Shown piece by piece: positions 17,867 to 27,241 of a stretch of DNA of 64,000 nucleotides (within the stretch, counting starts at the first letter, position 1; every line of letters begins with the position of its first letter). The translations under genes were made by a program, and so were the position numbers. Source of the stretch: Chthoniobacteraceae bacterium (GTDB lineage: Bacteria; Verrucomicrobiota; Verrucomicrobiia; Chthoniobacterales; Chthoniobacteraceae); assembly GCA_040081625.1 (NCBI GenBank), contig JBEBGD010000019.1:1-64000 (forward strand), written 5' to 3'. The notes below the pieces were generated by a model. That model was not told the origin of the DNA. It saw nothing but the letters and a program-made list of their open reading frames with translations, and ran no database searches.

Positions 17867-18664
17867 ATGATCCTCGTGGACAACGCCCGCCCATCCCATC
17901 GCCGCTCGATCGAGACGCTGCTCACCAGCGTGGGCGCGAATCCGCAGCACCTCTTCGCCGATTGCCTCGGCAGCTTCGACGAGGATGGCGAACACTACTG
18001 GCTTCCGCGTGTCGTCTTCCGCGGCGACCGCTCCGACGAACCGGCGCTGAAGATCGGCATCTTCGCCGGGGTGCATGGCGATGAAGTCGCGGGCATCCTC
18101 GCGTGCTTCGACCTGCTGCGCATTTTCGAGTCCGAGCCGTTCATCGGCCGCGCGTATCATCTGCACTTTTATCCGCTGGTGAATCCGACCGGCTTCGAGG
18201 ATCGCACGCGCCACGCGCGCTCGGGGTGCGACTTGAACCGCGAGTTCTGGCGCGACTCGGAGCAGCCGGAAGTGCGGATCATCGAGGAGGAAATTCGGCG
18301 CCAGCGCTTCGATGGCCTCATCTCGCTGCACAGCGACGACACGAGCGAAGGGCTCTACGGCTTCGTGCGCGGCGCGACGCTGACCGAGCATCTGCTCAAG
18401 CCGGCGCTCGCCGTGGCCGAGGCGGCGCTGCCGATCAACACGGGCGCGCAGATCGATGGCTTTCACGCCGTGCACGGCGTCATCCATTCGTGCTACGACG
18501 GCATTCTCAGCGCGCCTCCGGGGACGCAGTCGGCGCCGTTTGAGGTGATCCTCGAATCTCCGCAACTCGCCCCGATCGCGCTCCAGCGCGCGGCCCTCGT
18601 GCTCGCGACGCGCGAGATCATCCGCGAGTATCGCCGCCTCATTTCCTTCGCAGCCAATCTATGA
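17867..18664 (+). CDS. M14 zinc carboxypeptidase-like / succinylglutamate desuccinylase-aspartoacylase family hydrolase
   Basis: HxxE 'GVHGDE', 'VNPTG', 'DLNREF' and 'SLHSD'; no signal peptide. Confidence 0.8.
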   Translation: MILVDNARPSHRRSIETLLTSVGANPQHLFADCLGSFDEDGEHYWLPRVVFRGDRSDEPALKIGIFAGVHGDEVAGILACFDLLRIFESEPFIGRAYHLHFYPLVNPTGFEDRTRHARSGCDLNREFWRDSEQPEVRIIEEEIRRQRFDGLISLHSDDTSEGLYGFVRGATLTEHLLKPALAVAEAALPINTGAQIDGFHAVHGVIHSCYDGILSAPPGTQSAPFEVILESPQLAPIALQRAALVLATREIIREYRRLISFAANL

Positions 18665-19656
18665 AACGCATCCTCGCCATCCTCACCGCGCTCATCGCAT
18701 TTGTCTTTGCGTCTTGCGATCAGCGCCCGGACTCCCAGTCCGCGCAGCCGCAGCAAGGCAAAGCCATCATCCGCATCGGCCACTTTCCAAACATCACGCA
18801 CGCGCAGGCGCTCGTGGCCGCGCAGCTCAAGCGGCAGGGCAAAGGCTGGTTCGAGGAACGCATCCCGGGCGTCGAGACGCAGTGGTTCGTGTATAACGCG
18901 GGGCCGTCGGCGATGGAGGCGATCTTCGCGAACTCGATCGACGTGACCTACGTCGGCCCGAACCCGGTGCTCAATGCCTACTCGAAGTCGAAGGGCGACG
19001 AAGTGCGCGTGCTCGCCGGCTCGGCGCTCGGAGGCGCAGCGCTCGTGGTGCAGGGCGACGGGCGCATCGCGAAGCCGGCCGACTTCAAAGGCCGCAAGCT
19101 CGCCACCCCTCAGCTCGGCAACACGCAGGACGTCGCCGCGCGCGCGTGGCTGACCAAGCAGGGCTTCAAGATCACGCAGCTCGGCGGCGATGTGCTCGTC
19201 GTGCCGACGGCGAACCCCGATCAGCTCTCGCTCTTCCAGCAAAACCAGATCGATGCGGTGTGGACGGTCGAGCCGTGGGTCACGCGGCTGGAGCGCGAGG
19301 CGGAGGGGAAGGTCTATCTCGAGCAACCCGACGCGCTCACGACGGTGCTCGCATCGAGCGTGAAGTTCCTGCGCGAGAAACCGGAGCTGGCGAAGAAGCT
19401 CCTCGCCGCGCATCTCGATTTGACGAAGTGGATCAACGAGCATCCCGCCGAGGCGCGCGAGTTGGTGCGCGCGGAGATCAAGGCGCAGACCAAGCGCGAC
19501 TTTCCCGCGGAGGTCGCGGAGAAGGCGTGGTCGCGCCTGAAGTTCACCGGCGACGTATCGCGCGCGCAGTTCGACGCGCTGGTCGTCGAGGCGCAAAGCG
19601 TCGGCTTCCTGCGCGGGACTCCGCCGCTCGACCGGCTGATCGAACAGCCGAAGTGA
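18661..19656 (+). CDS. ssuA: ABC transporter substrate-binding lipoprotein, aliphatic sulfonate (SsuA-like)
   Basis: Lipobox 'FASC'; 'IGHFPNITHAQAL', 'YNAGPSAMEA', 'YVGPNP' and 'ATPQLGNTQDVA'. Confidence 0.75.
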   Translation: MKRILAILTALIAFVFASCDQRPDSQSAQPQQGKAIIRIGHFPNITHAQALVAAQLKRQGKGWFEERIPGVETQWFVYNAGPSAMEAIFANSIDVTYVGPNPVLNAYSKSKGDEVRVLAGSALGGAALVVQGDGRIAKPADFKGRKLATPQLGNTQDVAARAWLTKQGFKITQLGGDVLVVPTANPDQLSLFQQNQIDAVWTVEPWVTRLEREAEGKVYLEQPDALTTVLASSVKFLREKPELAKKLLAAHLDLTKWINEHPAEARELVRAEIKAQTKRDFPAEVAEKAWSRLKFTGDVSRAQFDALVVEAQSVGFLRGTPPLDRLIEQPK

Positions 19657-20525
19657 GCGCGAGGTTGACCGTGAGCAGCCGACCCCGCACCGTCGCCGCC
19701 CTGCAAAAACCCGTGACCAACATCGCCGGCGAACACAACGGAGAAGGCCAGCCCTCGAAGCTGGCGATCGACCACGTCTCGAAGTGGTTTCGCGAGGGCG
19801 TGGTGAAGACGCACGCGCTCGACGACGTGAGCCTCTCGATCGATGAGGGCGAATTCGTCTGCCTCGTTGGCCCGAGCGGCTGCGGGAAATCGACGCTGCT
19901 CAACATCATCGCCGGCCTTGAAAAGCCGGACGAAGGCAACGTCCTCACCGACGGCAAACCGGTCATCGATTCGGGGCGTGACCGCATGATGATGTTCCAG
20001 GAGAGCGCGCTCTTCCCGTGGCTCAACGTGCTCGGCAATGTCCTCTTCGGGCTCAAGCTCAAGCCCGGCCTGCGCGACTCCGAGCGCCTCGAAGTCGCGC
20101 GCTACTACATCAAGCTCGTCGGCCTCGAACGCTACGAGCGTGCGAATATCCACGAACTCTCCGGCGGCATGAGGCAGCGCGTCGCCCTCGCCCGCGCGCT
20201 CGCGCCGAACCCGCGCGTGCTGCTGATGGACGAACCGTTCGGAGCGCTCGACGCCATGACGCGCGAGCAGCTCTATGGCGATCTTCAGGATATCTGGGCC
20301 GCGCGAAAGAAGACGATCGTCTTCGTCACGCACAACGTGCGTGAAGCCGTCTGCCTCGGCGACCGCGTGGTGCTCTTCTCGCCAAATCCCGGACGGGTGC
20401 GCGAGCAATTCCCCATCGACCTTCCGCGACCGCGCGACATCAACAGCGGGCTGCTCGCCGCGCGCGCGACCGAGATCACCCGCGCGATCAAGCAACATGC
20501 CGCCGAGCAGGCCAGCTCCGAGTAG
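19653..20525 (+). CDS. ssuB: ABC transporter ATP-binding protein (nitrate/sulfonate type)
   Basis: Walker A 'GPSGCGKS', 'LSGGMRQR', 'LLMDEPFGALD'. GTG start overlaps the upstream stop. Confidence 0.85.
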   Translation: MSARLTVSSRPRTVAALQKPVTNIAGEHNGEGQPSKLAIDHVSKWFREGVVKTHALDDVSLSIDEGEFVCLVGPSGCGKSTLLNIIAGLEKPDEGNVLTDGKPVIDSGRDRMMMFQESALFPWLNVLGNVLFGLKLKPGLRDSERLEVARYYIKLVGLERYERANIHELSGGMRQRVALARALAPNPRVLLMDEPFGALDAMTREQLYGDLQDIWAARKKTIVFVTHNVREAVCLGDRVVLFSPNPGRVREQFPIDLPRPRDINSGLLAARATEITRAIKQHAAEQASSE

Positions 20526-21293
20526 ATGAAACGCTTCATCACCGCCCTCGTCTTCTTCGCGCTGCTGCTCGCGCTCTGGCACGTGCTCGTGCTGCGCAAA
20601 GTGTGGTCTTCCGTGCTGCTGCCCGATCCGCTCGACGTGTGGAAGTATCTCCTCAGTGCGGTCGAGGATCGCACCATCTTCGAGGCGCTGTGGGTCACGA
20701 TGAAGCGGCTGCTCGTCGGCTACATCGTCGGCGTCGTCGCGGGGATCCCGCTCGGACTCATCACCGCGCGTTTCCAATGGGCGCACGATACGATCGGTGT
20801 GATCGGCCTCGGCTTGCAGACGCTGCCGAGCGTGTGCTGGGTGCCGCTGGCGCTGCTGTGGTTCGGGCAGACTGAATCCGCGATGCTCTTCGTCGTGGTG
20901 ATGGGCACGGTCTGGTCGGTCGTCATTTCCACCGACAACGGCGTGCGCGCCGTGCCACCGATCTATGCGCGTGCCGCACGCACGATGGGATCGAAAGGGT
21001 GGCACACGTGGATCATGGTGATCCTGCCCGCGGCGCTGCCCTTCATCGTCAGCGGCATCAAGCAAGGCTGGGCCTTCGCGTGGCGCTCGCTGATGGCCGC
21101 GGAAATCTACGTCACGATCCTCACCGGCTTCGGCCTCGGCCACCTGCTGCACTACGGGCGCGAATTGAACGCGATGGACCAGGTGCTCGGCGTGATGCTG
21201 GTGATCGTCACGATCGGCCTGCTCGCCGACAAAGTGCTCTTCGCGCCGTGGGAAGCGTTCCTCTACCGGCGCTGGGGGACGAAGCGCTCGTAG
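20526..21293 (+). CDS. ssuC: ABC transporter permease (SsuC/TauC type)
   Basis: Multiple TM segments; 'LQTLPSVCWVPLA', EAA-like 'ARAARTMG' and 'AWRSLMAAE'. Confidence 0.85.
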   Translation: MKRFITALVFFALLLALWHVLVLRKVWSSVLLPDPLDVWKYLLSAVEDRTIFEALWVTMKRLLVGYIVGVVAGIPLGLITARFQWAHDTIGVIGLGLQTLPSVCWVPLALLWFGQTESAMLFVVVMGTVWSVVISTDNGVRAVPPIYARAARTMGSKGWHTWIMVILPAALPFIVSGIKQGWAFAWRSLMAAEIYVTILTGFGLGHLLHYGRELNAMDQVLGVMLVIVTIGLLADKVLFAPWEAFLYRRWGTKRS

Positions 21294-21326
21294 GCGACGC
21301 TCGAGGTTGCCCGGAGAAAATCCCGC

Positions 21327-21354
21327 TTGCCGGGGGCGAATTCGCTCCTACTTT
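21327..21354 (+). promoter_or_regulatory. Putative sigma70 promoter of rpsA
   Basis: TTGCCG-N16-TACTTT followed by GC-rich GCCGGCCCTTTTC. Confidence 0.45.
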
Positions 21355-21452
21355 GCCGGCCCTTTTCTCCCGCACACTTTGGCGAGCCGCTGTTGGCCAC
21401 GCCCGGGAAGGAGAGGGAAAACCGGAACCGTGGGTAGTCTTAAGAACATCAT

Positions 21453-23141
21453 ATGACCTCAATGGCAGAACTTCTCGCGAACGGGATTCGCGAGTTTCGT
21501 GAAGGGAGCATCGTCAAAGGCCGCATTCTCGAAGTGCGCCCGCGCGAGGTGCTCGTAGATATCGGATACAAGAGCGAGGGGATCATTTCCCTCAGCGAAT
21601 TTGACGAGGGCGAGGAGCCGCAGATGGGCGACGAGATCGAAGTGTTGCTGTGCCGCCTCGAGAACGAGGAAGGCATGGTGATCCTCTCGAAGGAACGCGC
21701 CGCTTACCGCCAGAACTGGGAGAAGATCATCAAGGTCTATCACGAGGGCGGCATCATTAAGGGCAAGGTGAAGGCCGCGGTGAAGGGCGGGCTGACGGTG
21801 AACATCGGCGTCGAGGCGTTCCTGCCCGGCTCACAGATCGACATCGTGCCGCCGAAGGATCTCCAGCAGTTCGTGGGGAACACTTACGAGTTCAAGATCG
21901 TCAAGATCAACGACGACCGGAAGAACGTGGTGCTCTCGCGGCGCGAGCTCATCGAGCAGGAGCGTGCGGAGAAGCGCTCGCAGTTCTTCGATGCGACGAA
22001 GGTCGGCGACCGCGTCACGGGCGTGGTCAAGAGCATCACCGATTTCGGTGCGTTCGTGGACCTCAATGGCCTGGACGGCCTGCTGCACATCACGGACATC
22101 ACGTGGGGCCGGCTCGGGCATCCGAGCGAGGCGCTCAAGCTGGGCGACGAACTCCAGTTGGTCGTGATCGACTTGAACAAGGAGAAGGAGCGCGTGTCGC
22201 TCGGCCTGAAGCAGACCCAGCACAATCCGTGGGACAAAATCGAGGAGCGGTTCCCGTCGGGCACGAAGGTGCGCGGCAAGGTCACCAACCTCATGCCTTA
22301 CGGTGCGTTCGTGGAGATCGAGGCGGGCGTCGAGGGGCTCATCCATGTCTCCGAACTCTCGTGGACCAAGCGGATCGCGCGTCCGAGCGACGTGCTCGAG
22401 CAGGGCCAGGAAGTCGAGGCCGTGGTGCTCGGCGTGAACAAGGAGGAGCAGAAAATCAGCCTCGGCGTGCGCCAGCTCGAGACGAATCCGTGGGACCAGA
22501 TCGAGATCAAATACCAGATCGGCACGCAGATTCGCGGCGAAGTGCGCAACCTCACCGCCTACGGTGCATTCGTGCAGCTCGAGGACGGCATCGACGGCAT
22601 GGTGCATGTCTCGGACATGAGCTGGACCCGCAAGATCAACCACCCGAGCGAGAGCGTGAAGAAGGGCGACGTGGTGGATGCGGTGGTCATCGACATCGAC
22701 AAGCAGAACCAGCGGATCAGCCTCGGCATGAAGCAGCTCGACGAGGATCCGTGGAAGTCGATCGACACGCGTTACAAGATCGGCGACCTCGTCAAAGGCA
22801 AGGTCTCGAAGATCGCGACGTTCGGCGCCTTCGTGGAACTCGATGGCGACATCGACGGCCTCGTGCATATCTCGCAGATCAGCGAGGAGCGCGTGGAGAA
22901 GATCAAGGACCACCTGAAAGTCGCCGACGAGATCAACGCGCGCGTCATCAAGGTGGACAAGACCGAGCGTCGGATCGGCCTGTCGATCAAGGCTGCCAAC
23001 TACAGCGACGAAGAAATCGCGAAGGAAGCCGCTGCATTCGACAGCGCGATCAAGCCCGGCACCGAACTGGTCGGCCTCGAGCAAGCCTTCGCCGCAGCGG
23101 CGGAGGAATATCGCCCCGGCGACAGCGTGAAGAAGAAGTAA
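21453..23141 (+). CDS. rpsA: 30S ribosomal protein S1
   Basis: Six S1 domains: 'DIGYKSEG', 'FLPGSQID', 'DFGAFVDL', 'YGAFVEI' and others. Confidence 0.98.
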   Translation: MTSMAELLANGIREFREGSIVKGRILEVRPREVLVDIGYKSEGIISLSEFDEGEEPQMGDEIEVLLCRLENEEGMVILSKERAAYRQNWEKIIKVYHEGGIIKGKVKAAVKGGLTVNIGVEAFLPGSQIDIVPPKDLQQFVGNTYEFKIVKINDDRKNVVLSRRELIEQERAEKRSQFFDATKVGDRVTGVVKSITDFGAFVDLNGLDGLLHITDITWGRLGHPSEALKLGDELQLVVIDLNKEKERVSLGLKQTQHNPWDKIEERFPSGTKVRGKVTNLMPYGAFVEIEAGVEGLIHVSELSWTKRIARPSDVLEQGQEVEAVVLGVNKEEQKISLGVRQLETNPWDQIEIKYQIGTQIRGEVRNLTAYGAFVQLEDGIDGMVHVSDMSWTRKINHPSESVKKGDVVDAVVIDIDKQNQRISLGMKQLDEDPWKSIDTRYKIGDLVKGKVSKIATFGAFVELDGDIDGLVHISQISEERVEKIKDHLKVADEINARVIKVDKTERRIGLSIKAANYSDEEIAKEAAAFDSAIKPGTELVGLEQAFAAAAEEYRPGDSVKKK

Positions 23142-23144
23142 AAC

Positions 23145-23220
23145 CTCTTAGTCTTACTCCTGCTCATACTCTTACTCTCCGCGCCGCAGCGATGCGGCGC
23201 GGAGTAGAGTAAGAGGAAGA
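23145..23220. repeat. Hairpin element with (CTCTTA)n / (TAAGAG)n hexamer-repeat arms
   Basis: CTCTTA GTCTTA CTCCTG CTCATA CTCTTA CT, then core CTCCGCGCCGCA-GCGA-TGCGGCGCGGAG, then TAGAG TAAGAG GAAGA. Confidence 0.7.
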
Positions 23221-23237
23221 ATCAAACTGACACACCT

Positions 23238-23588
23238 ATGAACAAACCAACCATCACCGCCTGGCTGAAGACTCAATGCGGATGGAGCGGCGGCATCCGT
23301 GCCGTGCTCGCGAAGCATGATCTCGCCTACGAAGAGAAAGACATCATCAAGAACCCGGCGTTTCGCTGGGAGATGGAACAGAAGAGCGGGCAGCCGCTGT
23401 CGCCGTGCGTGGAAGTCAACGGACGCATGCTCGCCGACATCAGCGGAGAAGAACTCGAAGCTTATCTCCTGCGCGAGGATCTCGCCGGCACGACGGACAA
23501 GACGACAAACGTCCCGCTCAACTCCGCGTGCAGCGATGCGGAGCACGACGCGATGGCGCGCGGCTTGCCGATCAAGATTCAGGAATGA
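23238..23588 (+). CDS. Monothiol glutaredoxin-like protein
   Basis: CGWS motif, 'YEEKDII' and 'SGQPLSPCVEVNG'. Confidence 0.75.
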   Translation: MNKPTITAWLKTQCGWSGGIRAVLAKHDLAYEEKDIIKNPAFRWEMEQKSGQPLSPCVEVNGRMLADISGEELEAYLLREDLAGTTDKTTNVPLNSACSDAEHDAMARGLPIKIQE

Positions 23589-23616
23589 CCTGCCGCGCGG
23601 CTCAGCGAGCCGCTGG

Positions 23617-25131
23617 TTACATGTTCTCGATCGCGTAAACCCACAAGCGGACGGCGCCCTTGGTCAGCAGATAGGTCAGCATCAGGTCCACCCAGCCGAT
23701 GCGCTGCCAGTTGATCGATCCATGCAGTTCCTCCTGCGGAGCACTGGAAGGCTCGACCACTTGAGGAGTCCGCACCTCGACTGTCGGCAGCGTTTCGACC
23801 GCGACACTTGCGGAACTATCGTCTGCGGATCGCGGGAGGTCTTCCGGGCGAAGCCAGACAGAGTTCGTCTCGATAGCCTGAGCCTCCTCGTCCTCCGTGG
23901 ACTTGCGCTTGAGCGCGAGCAAACCGCGCAGGTGGCGGTGAAAGGCGCTCGTCGCCGCGGTGAACAAAAAGAAAGTCGGTCGGTAGCAGAAATCCACCAT
24001 CCAGGCCGAGACTGCGTAGGAGACGACGATGGCAAAAAGTGTGCGCCGTAAAAGCTCCTCATCGTTATTGATGGTCTTCGCCTGAGCCAGCGTCCGCAGG
24101 GAGCAATACATGACGCCGATAAACAGGAAAAAGCCGGTGAAGCCGAGATCCGCACCGTTCTGGTTGTAGGCGCTGTGCGGCGCTTTGTAGTAATGGGAGA
24201 TGATGTAGTAGAACTGATGCCGCCCATGCACGGTGCGCATCTTTTTGACCTTCTCGACCGGGCCATATCGGAAGAACTGCTCCTGGAAATTTCCGAGGCC
24301 GTGGCCAAACGTAAGGTGCTGCATCTGGTGAAGACCGAACTGGAAGGCAGCGACCCGGCCTTGGATGGCTGCGTCCGACTTGCTCGATTTGAGCTCGCTC
24401 ATGCGCGGCATGGCGTAGATCAGCGTGCCGCCAAACGCGAAAGCGAGCACCGCCATCGCGATCTGCACTTTCTTCGGACGACCAAAAGTCAGCGTCGCAA
24501 AAATGGTCACCGCTCCGGCCAGGAACGCGCCCTTCGAGAGCGTCATCAAAATACACGTGATCGGAATGATGATCACCAGGATCAACGGCTTTGAGAAGGT
24601 CCGCTTCCAGAAGAGCAGGTAATAGAGCATCGGGATCACCGGCACGATCGCGTGTGCGAGCGCGTTGGGATTGTTGAAGATCGAGAGGTTCAGGACCAGG
24701 CGTCCCTTCATCCGCCACTGCGTGATACTTGCGCTGTCGAGCGGGTCGAAGCCGAGCGTGCTCGCGATCGCCAGCGCCGAGATGAACACGATCGACACGG
24801 CCCACCAGCCGAGGAACTTTTTGAGCCGCGGCAGCGACGTCAGCGTCAGGACGCCGACAAAGTAGAAAAAGATGAGCGGCAAGATGCTCCGGAACGTCGT
24901 GCTCGGAGTCGGCGAGGCGAAGACCGTCCACGCGAAATACGCCGTGACCATGTAGTCCTGCGGCGTGCACCACAGGTCGCGCAGGCGCACCGATTCCCTG
25001 CGCTGATACAACGCGTAAAGCGCGAGCACCGCGAGCAGCTGAATCGGCCGCAACTGGGTGAAGAAACTCGACCACTCCTGGGGACGCACGTAGTGCATCA
25101 CCAGAAAGATGATCAGCGCGGCGTAATCCAT
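23617..25131 (-). CDS. O-antigen ligase / Wzy-like membrane protein
   Basis: Many TM helices; 'NPNALA', 'TLSKGAFL', 'GHGLGNF' and 'APHSAY'. Confidence 0.8.
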   Translation of the reverse strand: MDYAALIIFLVMHYVRPQEWSSFFTQLRPIQLLAVLALYALYQRRESVRLRDLWCTPQDYMVTAYFAWTVFASPTPSTTFRSILPLIFFYFVGVLTLTSLPRLKKFLGWWAVSIVFISALAIASTLGFDPLDSASITQWRMKGRLVLNLSIFNNPNALAHAIVPVIPMLYYLLFWKRTFSKPLILVIIIPITCILMTLSKGAFLAGAVTIFATLTFGRPKKVQIAMAVLAFAFGGTLIYAMPRMSELKSSKSDAAIQGRVAAFQFGLHQMQHLTFGHGLGNFQEQFFRYGPVEKVKKMRTVHGRHQFYYIISHYYKAPHSAYNQNGADLGFTGFFLFIGVMYCSLRTLAQAKTINNDEELLRRTLFAIVVSYAVSAWMVDFCYRPTFFLFTAATSAFHRHLRGLLALKRKSTEDEEAQAIETNSVWLRPEDLPRSADDSSASVAVETLPTVEVRTPQVVEPSSAPQEELHGSINWQRIGWVDLMLTYLLTKGAVRLWVYAIENM

Positions 25132-25171
25132 GCGGGCTGAGGAGTTGGGGTCGAAGAGTTCACGGCAGGGC

Positions 25172-26275
25172 TTACGCGGGCGGGACTAGCGCGCGATAAA
25201 GGGCAGCGTAGGCCTCCATCATGGTGCGGATGGAAAACGATGCGCAGACTTTGTCGCGCGCGCGTTCCCCCAATTCGCACAGGAGCGCCGGTTCGGCAAT
25301 CAGGCTCTCGACTGCCGCGGTGAGCTCCGCCACGCTGCGCAGCTCCGCGAGCAAGCCATCGCGACCGGAGTCGATCACCGCCTCGTGGCCGCACCCGGTA
25401 TTGGCCAGGACCGGAATGGCGCACGCCATCGCCTCGAGCGCGGCATTGGCCATGCCTTCATTTGTGGAGGGGATCACGAGCAGGTCCAGCGCGCGATACG
25501 CGGACGCCGGCTCCGGGAGAAATCCGGTGAAGCGGATGCGGTCCGCCATCGGCGAGTTCGCCGCGCATTCGCGGACATCCGCCTCGAGCGGTCCCCCTGC
25601 GCCGACGATGAGCAGGTGCAGCGAAGGCCGCGCGCCGGCCGCGATGGCGAGCGCGTCGATCAGCGCGCGGTGGCCCTTGTGCGGACCGAACCGACCTACG
25701 ATGCCGAGCACTCTGGCGCCGAGCGGGAGCTGAAACTCACGGCGCGCGGCATCGCGATCGCCGGGGGAGAAGCGCGCCGTGTCCACTCCATTCGGAACCA
25801 CCCGCGTGTCCGGATGCGCGCAACCGAGGGCGAGCAACTCATCGCGAATCGCGGGCGCGACGCAGTGGACCGCCCGCGCCGCGCGGTAGAACCTGCGCCG
25901 CTGCGCGAGACGGCGCGGACTCTTTTCGTCGTCGGTGAGCTGGCTGTGCTCGCCGTGGAGGATCGGGCATAGCCGGCCCCACGCTGTCGCCAGGCTCGCG
26001 TAGATCAACGGCCCGGCATTGTGGGTGTGCAGGAGCGCGGGACGCACCCGGCGGATTTGCATCGCGAGCCGCCACGCCACCAGCGGCGAGAAGCCGCGCG
26101 ATTTGCCGAGCGCGACGACCCGCTCAGGCGTCGAAAGCCGGTCGGCAAACGCGCCACGCCGCGTGAGGCAGGCGACGTGGCCTTCAAACTCCGGGCTCAA
26201 ACCACGAATCAAGTTCACCACGCCATTCTCCATCCCGCCCGGCTCCAGCGAATCGACCACGTGCAGAATCCTCAC
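25172..26275 (-). CDS. Glycosyltransferase family 4
   Basis: GTG start overlaps the GT2 stop; 'ILHVVDSLEPGGMENG', 'VPNGVD', 'VGRF..HKGH' and 'EGMANAALEAMA'. Confidence 0.9.
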   Translation of the reverse strand: MRILHVVDSLEPGGMENGVVNLIRGLSPEFEGHVACLTRRGAFADRLSTPERVVALGKSRGFSPLVAWRLAMQIRRVRPALLHTHNAGPLIYASLATAWGRLCPILHGEHSQLTDDEKSPRRLAQRRRFYRAARAVHCVAPAIRDELLALGCAHPDTRVVPNGVDTARFSPGDRDAARREFQLPLGARVLGIVGRFGPHKGHRALIDALAIAAGARPSLHLLIVGAGGPLEADVRECAANSPMADRIRFTGFLPEPASAYRALDLLVIPSTNEGMANAALEAMACAIPVLANTGCGHEAVIDSGRDGLLAELRSVAELTAAVESLIAEPALLCELGERARDKVCASFSIRTMMEAYAALYRALVPPA

Positions 26276-27240
26276 CGACGCAACAGCGAAACCAGAAATG
26301 TCCGCAGCGCACGGATGCGGAAGAATGGCGGTTCGCTCAGTTCGGAGGCGCGCAGCGGCAGGGGCCAGGACAGCAACGATTTGAGCACGGTGATCACCGC
26401 CTCGCGGTGGCGCCCTTCGTCGTGCAGCATCCACGCGACTTGAAAGTGAAACATCGTCCACACCTGCCGCCAGAACGCCACGCGCTCCCGCGCCACGATT
26501 CGGCCGGTCCAGGCGCGCTCGATGACGGTCTGCATCGATTGGCGCATCCGGTCGGCGTGCTTGCTCATGTTCGACGCGTGCTTGCGCACGCGCACGCCCG
26601 GCTGGCTCAGGCATGCGATGCGGAATTTCGCGCCGATCCGGATCCACATCTCGCGGTCCTCGGAGCTGCGTAGCGTCGTGTCGAAGTCGCCGCATGCCGC
26701 AAAGGCCGCGCGCCGGACGATCGCGCTCGAGGGCATGAAGCGGGTGCGCGTCACAATCTCCGAGACATCGATCTCCCGGGCTCCGCGCCACGCCGGATAG
26801 CGGGTCGGCAGTTCCACTCCAGCCTGGTCGATCCGGGTGCTCGAGCAGGCGACGAGCGCAAACTCGGGACCACGCCTGGCGAACTCTGCAATCGCGTCGG
26901 TGAGGTGTTCCGGACTCCAAAGGTCGTCGGCGTCGAGGAAGGCCACGAAATCGAATCGCGCCTCGCGGATGCCGGTATTGCGAGCGGCGGAGAGGCCTTG
27001 GTTGACCTGCCACACGTAGCGCACGCGAGGATCGATGAAGCCGGTGACGACGTCCCGCGTGTTGTCGGTCGAGCCGTCATCGACAACGAGCAACTCGAAG
27101 TCGCGATGAGTCTGGGCGAGGACGGAGTCAACCGCCTCCGGCAGGTAGTTCGCGTAGTTGTAAGCAGGGATCACAACCGACACTCCCACACTTTCAGAAT
27201 CACCAGTGGCGGGCTGGTCCGCCAAGACATCGCTCGTCAA
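26272..27240 (-). CDS. Glycosyltransferase family 2
   Basis: 'VSVVIPAYN', 'VVDDGSTD', 'NQGLSAARNTG' and 'FLDADD'. TTG start inferred. Confidence 0.88.
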   Translation of the reverse strand: MTSDVLADQPATGDSESVGVSVVIPAYNYANYLPEAVDSVLAQTHRDFELLVVDDGSTDNTRDVVTGFIDPRVRYVWQVNQGLSAARNTGIREARFDFVAFLDADDLWSPEHLTDAIAEFARRGPEFALVACSSTRIDQAGVELPTRYPAWRGAREIDVSEIVTRTRFMPSSAIVRRAAFAACGDFDTTLRSSEDREMWIRIGAKFRIACLSQPGVRVRKHASNMSKHADRMRQSMQTVIERAWTGRIVARERVAFWRQVWTMFHFQVAWMLHDEGRHREAVITVLKSLLSWPLPLRASELSEPPFFRIRALRTFLVSLLRR

Positions 27241-27241
27241 C

